A stretch of DNA of 64,000 bases from Lepidodermella squamata (taxonomy: Eukaryota > Animalia > Gastrotricha): assembly GCA_047495785.1 (NCBI GenBank), contig JBLDXI010000038.1, positions 124,001 to 188,000 of the forward strand, written 5' to 3'. Numbering within the stretch: the first letter of the stretch is position 1; the number at the start of each line of letters is the position of its first letter. Shown here in pieces: positions 24,285-36,544 of the stretch. The notes under the pieces are model-generated. The model saw only the letters and a program-made list of their open reading frames with translations. It was not told the DNA's origin and did not search any database. Made by a program: the position numbers and the translations under genes.

Positions 24285-24984
24285 GATTTATGAAAACAAA
24301 AATAACCTATAAATATATGGGAAATTAAAGAAGAGCTTAATTTTGGGCTTAAATACGAGCTGTTGACAACTTTTTCAAAAATTCTATCAATTTATTGAGA
24401 TTATCGCTTTTTATAGGCAAGTGGCGAGTAATGTTATATATTCTACGGCTGTATATCGCAGGGTGTGCGACAGAAAGCTAGCTTTTTGCATCACCGCCTA
24501 GTTGGTCGCTTGCCTGATCACTAGAACGCCAGTTTTTTCCGTAGATCAAGTGCATTGCGTCATCTGTTTCTATTTTTAGGCGAGTAGTTCTGTCGCCTGA
24601 AGGCTATTAGTTATTCAGGCGTGAGGCGCGGCCGAAGGACGGAATAGCGGGCTGAAGGTATTTGCAATCAAGCCGTGAAATGTACCTGAAATTTAGGTAT
24701 TTTCCTTGGTATTCAACCTAAATATAAATGTTTTTATAACTTTTGACAACGTGAGGTAAAGCAAGTAGCTTGTATTATAGTGCAGACTGTGCGCCTCATA
24801 GTATGATTATTGTCAAATAGTTTCTTCGCACAAGTTTGCGCAAAAAACTCGCCTCATTTTATTCTTGACCGACGTTCCTTCGTACATTAGGGTGAACACT
24901 ACGCATATGCACCAAAATATAATGGCTAATCACTCCTTGCGTGGCTATGTAACAGAATGCTGACTCTCTTAAAAGTCATAAAAA

Positions 24985-25512
24985 CTAATAGCCAGATAGT
25001 TTCGTAACAGCCATCTCCATTACTAAAGTGATGACTATGAAGTAAAAGACGAATGAATCGTGGCCAGCTAACATCAGCGCTGGAGTGGCAAAGCTTTTTT
25101 GGGCGACCGCCATGGCGTTTGATGAATTTGTTCTGCCTCCAAACGCCGTTGCATTGTTGCCGCAACTATTTTCGAAAGTTGCGCATAGATTTCTACAACA
25201 TGAACACGATACATTGGTCGACTGCTCGACGCATCTCCCAGCTGCGTTGCACGACAGTTGCAGCTGCGTGAAATCACGGCTGATAGTTAGGGAAAACTTC
25301 ACATAGGTATGAAACGATCACAATAAGCCAACTTCATGGGAAAATCCTACCATGCAAGTTTGACAAGTTCGGTCAATAGTTAGGGAGACGTTTGAAGTAC
25401 CGGCTGGCACCCTACGGCCAGTCACAAGCGTGCCAATGCTGCAGTCGATTGCGATCACGACCGACCAAGCGGCGATGAGAAGGCTCGAAGCGAAGAAAAA
25501 CGACCTTAGCAT
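24985..25512 (-). CDS. Ly6/Quiver-like Cys-rich membrane-anchored protein, copy J
   Basis: MLRSFF...IDCSIG...TCQTCM|...CSCCRNLCATFENSC, longer spacer, hydrophobic tail. Confidence 0.78.
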
Positions 25513-25776
25513 TCGCGCTTGTCACACTCTTTTAGCTAATGCGAAATGGTATAAATTATAACAAAAATCTGAGGTTCGCAATGGTAAAGTCGTGTTTCCA
25601 ACCCGGCCGGTTCTACTAATGGATATCACACGTAGAGGTCGTATAAAATTGGTATACATTTTATTGTGCCTTGTTCACTTGGAAATGTAATATAACTAGT
25701 ATAACAAATTAACGCTTCACAGGCGATATCGCGCGCCTCCACGGCTTCAATATACTTTTTGAAGAGTTAGCTTCAT

Positions 25777-26118
25777 CTATAGAAGGCGGGGGGCGACGAG
25801 GGCGACGGCGATGGTCACGAGTCCAGACGCGACGACTCCAGTCGCTGCGTTCTTAACCGTTGTCGGACCAGCAAGGGCGGCGTTTTTTGTTGTACCAGCA
25901 GCAACGGTGGTAACGCTGGCGACGGTTGTCTGAGCGGCGCCAGTGGTTGCAGCGACTGTTGTCTGGGCGGCGGCGACTGTGGTTTGGGCAGCGGCAACTG
26001 TTGTCTGGGCACCGACTGTTGTCTTGGCAGCCGTAGTAGCAGCTGGTTTCGTGGTCTGGGCATTGCAGACAACGGCGGACAACGCGACAACGAGCAGAAA
26101 GGAAGTGGCTCTGAGCAT
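25777..26118 (-). CDS. Thr/Ala-rich mucin-like GPI-anchored protein with (AAAQTTV)n repeats
   Basis: Signal peptide, ~21-bp internal repeats, no Cys in the mature part. The C-terminal tail resembles those of copies G/H/I. Confidence 0.8.
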   Translation of the reverse strand: MLRATSFLLVVALSAVVCNAQTTKPAATTAAKTTVGAQTTVAAAQTTVAAAQTTVAATTGAAQTTVASVTTVAAGTTKNAALAGPTTVKNAATGVVASGLVTIAVALVAPRLL

Positions 26119-26718
26119 TTTTTAAACACCCGTTTGTTTAATGAGAATGCAGTATGAAATTAAATCGTGTTTTGTTATAAGCTAGAATTTCCCTAGTATG
26201 TTTATTGTTGACTTGCGCACCGTATTACACCCGGCGCGCCAACCCAAACGCCATGTCTCCGTGAACATAATAGCCCCGGGCGCCGCGGGCCCTTGCCAAC
26301 TTCAGGGCTTTGTTTTTTCATTCACACATACACATACACGGGCCTGCACTGATGCGTTTTTCGAGTTTCATCTATATTTTTCCTGTGGATCATCATCTTC
26401 ATTAATGCTCATCACGAAGTACTGCCGTGTGTTGAATGGCTACCACGTTTTGCCGCTAGGTGCTTTAAGGTCGACACCGCCGGCTTTGCGGTGAAAACGC
26501 CGTGTAATGCGCACGTGAGGTAATTGCGGATGATATTCACTGGTAACGTGAAGCAAACGACGGGCTCCCCGAGCTTTTACCTTGATCAAAGGGCATTATT
26601 TAAGACGTGAGCACGTAGCCTAAATGTTACACACAGATTTTTCTGCGAAGTAAAACGGCGTTCATCGCCTAGGTGAAAATGTCATTAATCATTTAAAAAA
26701 AATATAATTTTAATCAAA

Positions 26719-27161
26719 TTAATAAAACTTCAAGATCACAACACTAGAGAACAGAATAATGCTATAAATCGGATTGAGTTGTAATTTGTTAGCTTCGCTG
26801 CTGCACAACTGATCGGCAGTGTTGCACTTGTCCCAACAGCAGGAGCACGTGAAAACTATGCCTGCCGTTGAGTTCCTTATGCCACAGGGTTCCTTGGTGA
26901 CGCAAATCAGCTCAAAACGGGTAAAAACGGGAGACGTAGTTCGCTTAACCTGTAATCGTATGTCCATGATGATTTTGAAATTCAATATCGGGCAAACTGA
27001 ACCTGACAAGCAGTGCAATCTTTTTGAAGAACTGTAGAATTGGTAACGCCAGCCGGCAGGGTTCCGGCGTAAATGTCCCCTTTGTTACAGTCTATACCAT
27101 TCGCGATTCCCCACAATGACGTGGAAAATATGAAGATTGAAGCAAATAGCAAAACTTTCAT
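26719..27161 (-). CDS. Ly6/Quiver-like GPI-anchored Cys-rich protein, copy K
   Basis: MKVLLF...IDCNKG...DCTACQ|VKR...CSCCWDKCNTADQLC, hydrophobic tail. Confidence 0.8.
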
Positions 27162-28020
27162 GGCCAGGAATAAATTGTCATATCTAATACTGTCTCGAGA
27201 CCTAAAGGCGTAGATTATTCATCATTTTCCCTCAACGAAGGTACGCATTCACAACTCGATCCTTATAGTAGTTGGTTGGTATTTCGAGCTTGGCAACACA
27301 ATACTCCTATTGAACACACTCTCGCCTTGTAAGAAAAACAACACCGTTTTGTGATGTGTAACGAAAAACTTGCCAACGCCTGGCGTGAAATAACCCTGCT
27401 CTCTGCTCATCTGATTCATCATGAAATGCATTGTGGCTTCAAAGGTTACGAATATTTAATCAACGCAGTTCATGTCGACCCGTGGATAGGTATAAAAACG
27501 GCGACATAGGCTGTCTGCATCAATATTGGCGTCGTTTTACAAGGTCAACGTGTGGTACGAAAAATTGATTGCGGAAAATGAAAACATTTTAAGCTCCGAG
27601 TCCGTTCTCATGTTGTATTATTTTAGCTCAGACAAAGCCCTCGTTCGCCGATTGTCCTACGTTGTTCTATTACATTATTTTTTGTCGTTTTCGCACCTTG
27701 TTTTGTACCAATCGGCGCCGTGTATTTATATATTGCGACTATTTAACGACTGGACTCAATGGCGGCGTTTGTGAATAATTTACGATGAAAAAAATTCAAA
27801 GCACCTGTGCTATGCATTCGTGCGCATCGTATTTTACGCTGGCTATTATACAAAAACAGCTCTCGTCGACATGGTGACGCCGCGCATTGACGCGCTCCTA
27901 GTAGAGAAATAATCGCATCTCCGAACAGACTCGAAGTATACACGCACCTGTGAATAGGTATCGCTTATTTAATTTGTATGAACTTCTAGCACTAAATCGA
28001 GTTGACGAATCGCTGCGAAG

Positions 28021-28877
28021 ATGGCTAGTTGGATTCACGAGCGCGGGAACCCTTACAAAATGGAAAATTACCAGCCACGAAATAACCAAGTGCACCGGCT
28101 CACCGGGAACCATGATTACGGCAGTTTCCATGCCGAAAATCCCAAAAAACCGGGGCCGATAATCATTGAAAAAGTGCATTACGGGACATCAAACACAGCG
28201 TACGGGAATTTCAACTCATGGGGTGAGCCGGACAAGATCAGCCTCCTTCAGACACCCGAGTGGCAGAGGCGGTTAGGGCAGCAGTACAATTTCAAGTCGC
28301 GCGAAACCACCTCGAAAGAAATAGGCGTAGCTTACGAAGGTTGGGACCCGCTTGGGACCGACGAGCGTTACACCCTCAGAAAAGCTCTCCAGCAGCGGCA
28401 GGAGCAGCAAGCGAACAGAAATTTGAAGCAGCATCAAATTGGTAAATCTTTTTCACGTACAAAGAAATTAGTATCGATTTCCGATTTCGCGTAGTGACGT
28501 TCGCACCTCAATCACCGGCGTACACACCATCAGTATCGGAACCCGATTCAGCGATGGCGCGGCGAGTGCCTGTTCAGCCAACCGTGAAAATGACGCCAGC
28601 TAGAGATTACAACTCTATGAAAGGACCTGGTCACGATACTTTCGTACAATACCGTGAGCAACAACCACAGCATCGCCAGCAGCAACGCGGCTACTCACCA
28701 GAACCAGCCTTCGCAGGGTCGGACAGCGGCCAAATCACGCCTAAGCCAACCCCGGGCGTTCTCTCGCCTATGATGATCAATATTTCAAGAAACGACAATC
28801 AACGGCACAACGCAGCGCCCAGTGTTACTCGCGAAATGCCTTTCGATGGTCACGTCCCAGTGCGGACGTCATTTTAA
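28021..28877 (+). CDS. Uncharacterised hydrophilic protein (two exons), possibly ciliary
   Basis: ORFs 28021-28441 and 28495-28877 are joined by a 53-nt GT-AG intron (28442-28494). AATAAA at ~28975. Confidence 0.65.
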
Positions 28878-29163
28878 TTAAGGCAGCTCATTTCATTTCC
28901 TCTCAGACATCAACACAAATCCAAAAGCTTCGCGTTGTTCTCTCGATTTTGTGATGATTAATTTCAGAACTTTAATAAAACGCTGTAACATTCGTACATT
29001 TTTTATTCGATTAAACACCGGTGTAAATAATCAGAGATACTATTTTTAAATCGGAAGAGATGACGTGTCACTTCTGAAAGTTGAGATGCGATTTTAAGAC
29101 AAAAATCTTGCCCAAAGCAGTGGTAAAATTTGTCATATTTCAAAGTCATAAATCCTGTTGTAA

Positions 29164-32100
29164 TTAACTAGGCGTGGCTGAAATTTCGACGACCGACTGG
29201 CGGGTGATGTGCGTTTCGCCGCGGTCGTTGCGCTCCAACATGTAAAATTGGTCTGCAAAGTCGCTCAAACGGCCTAGTAGTTCGATAAAATCAGGATCAT
29301 GCGTGATAACGACGAGTTGGAAATTCGAATTTCCAGCCCCGGTTCGAACAGCTCGAATGTTGATGATTTTCACAAGGGCATGAGCCAAGCTAGCGATCTG
29401 TTAAATAAAATAATATATAAAAAAATCGGAAAATTTTGAATTATATCCAACATTTTCTCGATCTAGATTGGTAGTTGGTTCGTCCAAAGCGAGGATGTGG
29501 CAATTTCCAGCGAATGCCTCCGACAAGGCCAGGCGAATGATAATTGAAGCCAGGACTTTCTGGCCGGCAGAACAGCGCCCACGCATGTCCATAACCGCGT
29601 CGCCTTTCTTCATCACAACTCGATAATTGTAGGTACGGCGCTTCGCCGCCTCCGTTGTGCCAACAGTTTCTACATCGGACTGAATTTCAATCGTATCAAT
29701 ATCCCCGCCCTTGTACGTGTGCTGCCAAATTTCGCCAATAATGCGATTGATTTCAGTCATTTTTCGCGTGTGAAATGTAAGCAGCGCCTTGTCAACCAGG
29801 CGGTAGTAGGATTTCAAATCTTCATTCGCCATCAACGTGACCTTCAACTTCGCCTTGACCTCCCGGTATTTACGGTCAGCGTCGCGGTATTCACTGGTCA
29901 GCGACTCGCGGTTTTGCTTCAGTTGCTCGTTCAAACTACTGCGAAGTGTTTCCGCCTCAACTTTTTCGCGCATAAACTCAGATTCAACCTTCTGCAGCTT
30001 GACCTGCCGTTCGCGGATGCTTTTGCCTGGGCCGATGATTTTTCGCAGTTTGTCCTCCAGCTCGTCCTTTTTGCGAGTCACAGCCTCCAGTTGGATGCGT
30101 TTCTCGCCCAACATGATCGCGTCTTGCAGTTCACGTTCCGCCGCTTTCTGCCCATCGACTGATCGGCTAACTTCGTTGAGCTCACGAGTGGCCAAATCTA
30201 AGTCATGAATGACTCGTTCCAGCTCAGCAGCGTTTCGAGTCGCTTCACCTTTTAGTTCCTAAAATATTTATTTGATTTAGAAGTCATTTCGAAATAAGCT
30301 TCAAATCCAAGGCTTTGAATTTTTCGCTGAAAGACAGACCTTGCAGCGGTCAGCAATGGTTCCGAGTCCTCCGATGCCATTGTTAGCCATCAACTTGCGC
30401 ATCTCCTCGTCCGCCTCTTGCAGACGGCTCAACATTTCCTTCAATTTACTACAACGATCAGTCAGGTCCCGAATCTCAGCATCGCGACGTTGTCTGGAAT
30501 TTTAAAACTTAAACAAAATTAAATTATGCCTTCAAATATAGCTACCTAATTGAGCTGCGATTTCTTTCAGCGTCCGCAATCGTAGAGCCGATTGGCAGTA
30601 ATTCAGCGATCGCTGATTCAATGGCTTGCTTCGCGCGATAGATATCACCCTCGATTCGCTCACGGTCGGCTTCGAGTTGAACCCGCCGCTGCTGCTTCGA
30701 GTCGATTTCAACCTTGTCCTGTTTCAACTTGAGCAAACGATCGCGGCATGATTCGACCAGTTCACGGCCTTCTCGCATGCCACGCTGTAGCAAATCGAGT
30801 TGCTGCTCGATATTGCGCAATTCAATGCCCTTTTTCTCCAACCGCTGCGTCAACTGGTTCGGCGTGAGATTGGTCGGAATAGTCGAGTTGGGCACGGTTG
30901 ATTGAAAACGGCTGGCAGCACCTAGAATGCGAGCCATCTCATCCTCAGCCTCGCTAATTCGACAGTTGATGTCGTGCAGTTCAACGCAAAGTTGCTTCAA
31001 AGCAGACGCGTCAGTCATCAAATTCGACACATGGGTAAATTGGTCGCGATCACGGGCCACTTTCTGGCGCAGAGCGTCAGTTTCACGCTTGAGGCGCTCA
31101 CTCTGCTGTTGATTCTCCTCAATTTGCTCTAAAACGCATGAATAAATTCTTAATAAAATTCTACCTTAAAAAATCGCTCACTTTTAATAACGGCAACGTC
31201 GTTCTCGAGACGCTTCCGATCACTGAAGAGCGGTTTCAGAGTCCTAAGGCCGTCTAGCTTCGACTTCGTCGCCGGGATTTCGCGTTTCAGCTGCGCCTGG
31301 CGCTCGGGTAAACTGGACGAAAGTCGAGATTTGATTGAAGTCACAACTTTTGTGCGCTCAACCTCGCTCTGGAACGGCCGTTCACAGAGCGGGCAGCTCG
31401 AATGAGAGCAGGCCGTTGCACTACGGCCTCTCGGCTGCTTCTCCGTACTGGTTTCGATGATTTCAATGTAACCTCGCATCATGTTTTCGTTACTTGAGGC
31501 AGTCGTCAGCTCGTGCTGCAAACCATCCAAATTATCTTGAACATCTTTGATACGAACATCCAGCTCTTCAATAGAATCAACGCCATGCTCTCCGAAGTGC
31601 GTTAACGATGAAGAAATTCGGGTTCGGACTTTCTCCAGATCACGGTTCGAGTCATTCAAACGGCGCTTGGCGGCTTCGAGACTGCCATCGACAGCGGCTA
31701 AATTGCGTTGGGAGGCCTCCAGCTCACGTTCGCTAGCAGTCGAGCTCGATTTCATCGACGCTCGTTTAGCATCCAACGTCGAATAGAAATCAGCCCGGTC
31801 AACGCTGTCGAGGCTTCGATCATCAGAAACGCCGAGTTGATTTCGAATCTTGCGTTCCAACTCCTCGGCTCGTTGCTCCTTACCGTCGCGTTCTTCCTTC
31901 ATGAGGCGAATTTTCGCTTCGAATTCAACCGATTTCGAGACTTGGCTCAATTGCTGCGTCAACATCTGTTGTTCCTGCGTCAACTTGTTCTTTTGATTCG
32001 ACAAGTTTTCGTACTCAGCCTCTGACTCGGCTACATCGTACTGAGCCTCGGCCTGGGCCAGCTTCTTCTCAGCGTCGGAAATGTCGTTTGCGAGTTGACG

Positions 32101-35100
32101 GGCACGCGCTTGGCTCGTATTGATCGCCTCCAAATCATCGGCGAGTCGTTTAACCTCGGCTTCAAGGCGAAGTCTTTCGCGCTCTTTTTCCTTCTTCGAA
32201 TTTTCAAGATACGCCCGACGGCCATTCGCGTCGTTCAACTCTTTCTCAACCGACTCTTCTTCGCGGTTGAACTCCTCAGCTAAAGCGGCCTTTTTGCGCT
32301 GCAACTGAGACAATTCATCGGCTACGTGGCGTCGTAAATTCTGTGAACTCTCAATTTCTTGGCTATTCGAACCACCGCTCAGCTGAACCGCTTGACCTAA
32401 AGAACGGCAAAATTTGCAATCAAACACGTTCCGCCAATTTACAACTTTTCCTACGGGGATTGATGTCCTACAAAAAGGCATTTAACTAAAAAAACTGGCT
32501 CTCGTTCAGTGCAGCCCTCTACAGGCTGTCAGACTGCTTCAAGCTCCGTCAGCTTGACTGTGCACAAATTGTTGGCATGAATCTGCATAACATCGTTGCA
32601 GTTAATGAACGGCTGGCACGAATCGCTGTCGTCTCCGCATCGGACACTGGAAAGGTCGGGTTCAACTGGTATGGACACCCCGACAGTCCATTGGAGCATA
32701 CCACAACGTTTCACAGCAATAAAGATCTGGCCATGCAGTGAGCGGCCTGGATTGTAGATGGCTATGATTTGCTGTGCATGACGAAAGTTAGCTATCAGCC
32801 GTTGAAAAGTGTAAGCTTTTCTTTTAGATTCTAAATTCTATGAAAAAGATAGTAATTCGTCGACGCTACTTATTGGCGGTTTCCTGTGCCTCATGTCTAT
32901 CCCAACTTTGATTGCTGGGCCAGTTTTATCGCAGCCGAGTCATCGCCAGATTGCAGACTACAGTAGTACTGTAGTACGGGAGCAGTTCGAACTCGTCAAA
33001 CGGCTTGTTGTAGGCAACGAAGCTGATTCCGGACCCGGACAAGCCGGACAATCATGCTGCTGGAAAGCCAAAGCCACGGCGAATCACGGGAAAAGCACGT
33101 GAAGCTATAGCTGCTCGGTTGAGATATGAAAAGCCTGCAAAAGTCATGCGACTGTGGATCTGTATTCGCTTATTCACGGTTGCGCTTCGCAAACTGAAGA
33201 TACTTTTTTAGTTGGTCTTTTTTCCACGGCAAACGAGACAAGGGCAAAAATGACTCATGCTGTTAAACGGCAGAACAAGGTGCAGTTCCCGAATGTTACC
33301 GAAATACATGGCCCGGTAATCAAAACCATAAGACCTTCCAATGAAGACAAGTTCCTTCAAGCGGTTCAACTTCTGTACGAATGTTTGGAATATGTTGATG
33401 GCGTCCTGCAACAGCATTTTCCTGATCAGGTCATCGTTGTCTCGGCCAGAATTAGTCAGGATATAGCCTTATCCATATGGATCATCGTCGAATTCAGCAG
33501 CGAGGCAGACGCGATTGATTGGCGGTCGCATCACAGCCACCTCTTGTTTGGTACAACGTCGATAAAAGTCGACCTCTACATTCATGATTCAGGAAACCAT
33601 GATGCCACGTTAAGTATCATACGCCCACCCGGTTTCAGTAGTGACTGTGATGCACGCAATAACACCGTCTGTCTCCAGAACGACGTCATAACAAATACAT
33701 GGGTTCCAATCGTTGCTCGTGCACAATGTGATCACTGGATTGAGGACAACGTGCCATCTTTGCGCCTAAGCCCCACTGATAAGAAGGAAACAGACGATTT
33801 CGCCCCATTCGTGTCGCGCAGCTTGCTGCTGCAGTTTCTTCAATGCGATGTCTCTGAAGAAATTATTGCTGGTAGGCAAAACTTTCTTGCCCACGCGACA
33901 ATCGAGTTCAACGGCACGTCAGGTGAACGAAACGCCGTTTCTGCGAATGTTTTTCTTTGGGTTAGTTTTTCGTGTTACTCGCTATAGACCAATATCGCAG
34001 TGAGAAATTCGTGTTATGCCTCTTTATTCAGCGCATACTGCGCATTTAAGAGGGGTAAATGCAAGAGACGAGTAGTGGCTACAAACCTACCGAGACGTCT
34101 GAATAAACGATTTGCTGCAACTAAAGAAACTCCTCAAAAACACAAAAACGGCTATCGGCTGACGTGTCAATTATTCACTGGTACATTCTACAGTTTCTTT
34201 TTCGATGAATTTGATGCCACTGCAAGCTCGTATGAGATTGGAACTTGTCTCCACTATAGGTTACTGTCATCTTGTGCCTCGAAAGCATCCGAACTGCAAA
34301 AGAACTAATTTCTTGGTGTGTTAGCGGCTCAGGTAAATGAAAAACTTCGAATGAGATAAAAAAGTGCTTGAAATTTGTTGCCAACAAGGTCAATCAAATC
34401 AAGAAAACATGAGTCAATACGTTGTCGTTTCGCTTTTCTATACCTTGTTCCTATCCAAGTTGGAAACAATCTATCAACAGTTTTTCATCCCCGGGCACAC
34501 AATGATGGGATGTGACGCTATGCATTCCTTGATCTAACGGTGCGCAAATAAGCGGCAAATTACCTTATATCTTACTACTCGGATTGGCAATCCACTGCTC
34601 TGTCCGCTCGACCTCTGCAGCCTATCAAATCATCAACTTATCCTATGATGAGTTTTATGATTTTAAAAGATTCCAAATTAAACTTCCCGATTGCGAAAAC
34701 TAGCGAACACCGATAAGACAAGCGTTACAGTCCCACTGAACAAACATAATCCGGATCGATTTTTTGTTCGCGATTGATATGAACCTCACAGCCCTTGGAA
34801 GGTTTCCGTCGCTAAAACCTCGCCTAAACCAATCGGCCTACCCCTACTCCAGAGGTGTGCCAGCCACACTAAATGAGGATTAAATGGACACGTTGGAAAT
34901 GGCTATCATCCCAAAAATTTAAGAGGATATGATCAAGTCCCACAAAGTGTACGTCGATGAGGTCACGGCTGGAAAAGCAAGAAAGACTGCCCGCTCTCGC
35001 AAAAACAAAAAAGCGATCGAGTTGCGTAATAGTCTTTCCGCTTTGGTACATTTTTCTGAAGCCGATATGGGGGCCAACTGCATTAAAAGTAAGTAATTTC

Positions 35101-36423
35101 AAACTGTTTTTCGTGTGTCACGAATGATCGGTAACCGACTTATCCTTGGAAATCGAATGAAAAATCTTAAAAGCTTACCGAGAAGCTCTGTGATCTGAGC
35201 AGCGTATTTCGCCCTCAGCGCCTTTTTATCTTCCAGCTGTTTGTTGACAATTTCCAACTCGCGCTCCCGAATGGCAATTTTCTGCTTCTCAGACTGCAGC
35301 TGTTCAAGTTTCTTCTGCAACTCCGTGCGCTTTCGATTCAAGCGTTCAGTTTCAGAGCGCCAATCGTCACTGCGAGTTTTCAGCCGATCCAATTCAGCCC
35401 GCAAATCGTCAGGGTCAGCTCGCTTGCGTTCAGGCGGGCACACACGTTCGAGATCGGTAACCTGAGTCGTCAGGACTTGATAGTTTCCACCAACTGCAGC
35501 TAACTCCTTTTGCACCTCATACGCCTGCTTTTCAACTTCTTCGAGTCGCTTCAAGTCAGCTTGAATAGGTTCTAGCTTAGTTTCTAACGCCTCGATACCG
35601 CTTTCGGCACGATTAAGCTTCAACTGCAGATCTTCGATTCTGGATTTTATCTGAGAGGCCTTGTCCTTGTTGGCTTTCAAGTAACCAATTTCTGCCTAAA
35701 TGAGAAACAACAATCATTTTTACTAAGCAAGCCATGTTTCAAACTATAGCTATACCTGGAAAACTTTTATTTCAGCTGCGTTCTCCTTTTGCAGCTTCAG
35801 CATTGTGTCCAAAGCTTTGGCGTATCGACCAGAGGCGAAAATATCGTCAAACTTCTGTTTCAAGCCCTTGCCTTCACCCAAAGGCCAGTTTGAGTCTTCC
35901 TGATGGCAAAATATAACATGCTCGAGAACTGGTTTCGACACGCCGAGCATGGCACACATTTCTAAATTAATCGGATTAGCAGTGCTGCCAACGAAAATTA
36001 AGATTATAATATACCCTGATCGAGATCGCCGCATTTCATAGATATGGTTTTATAGTCTTGACCTGGAGCTTTGAACCTCAAGTAACCGTCGATTGACTTA
36101 AAATTCGGCTTGTTGCCTTTCATAGTAACAGCCATCGAGCGGTGAACCGTGCAGTCATAGCCGTTGTTCGAGCCCTTGAACTGCAGTTTGATCTGGCCCT
36201 TGACCTCGGACGTGCGATCAAGTTTCGGGTCGTGGACAAACGCACCGCCCTTGGTACCAGGTGGAAAAACGCCCGTTGTAATGTACTTCAAGCACTCAAT
36301 AATCGTAGTTTTCCCTGTTCCATTTGCGCCTAAAATCAGCGTCAGCGGCGAATAAAACTCGATTCGTTCATCGTGGTCAGCGCCAAAGCTGCGAATTCCT
36401 TGAATCGACAGCTTGGACAACAT
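29164..36423 (-). CDS. RAD50: DNA repair protein RAD50
   Basis: Walker [21 protein letters not shown], long coiled coils, zinc hook CPLC, signature CSAGQK, Walker [13 protein letters not shown]-loop ITHD. Short introns plus one 2782-nt intron (32397-35178). Confidence 0.97.
32510..33987 (+). pseudogene. Nested antisense gene or pseudogene of unknown family inside the RAD50 intron
   Basis: A 277-codon open frame at 33154-33987 is preceded by coding-like stretches (32510-32810, 32850-33150) broken by in-frame stops. Splice-donor-like GT at ~32811 and ~33961. Confidence 0.45.
34150..34920 (+). mobile_element. Degenerate Sola-like DDE transposase fragment
   Basis: Colinear broken motifs: [75 protein letters not shown] and IKWTRWKWL, with frameshifts and stops. 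Confidence 0.6.
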
Positions 36424-36544
36424 TTTTCCTCAAAAACAAGCTGTCTAAAATTGAAAATCAAGTCGAAGACTCAAATTTGCTTTATTTTCGCGTTATATTT
36501 AGTCTTTGAGCAGTTTATTTTTAAGGAAGCACAACAATTCAAGG

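Noticed and set aside
6685-27161. Venom-gland cluster idea (three-finger proteins + serine carboxypeptidase + carbonic anhydrase)
   Set aside because: All the three-finger-like proteins keep hydrophobic GPI-type tails, unlike secreted toxins, and there is no expression evidence.
34929-35096. Short ORF resembling the phospholipase C Y-box start ([14 protein letters not shown])
   Set aside because: No other PLC motifs are nearby, and it follows the transposase relic colinearly.
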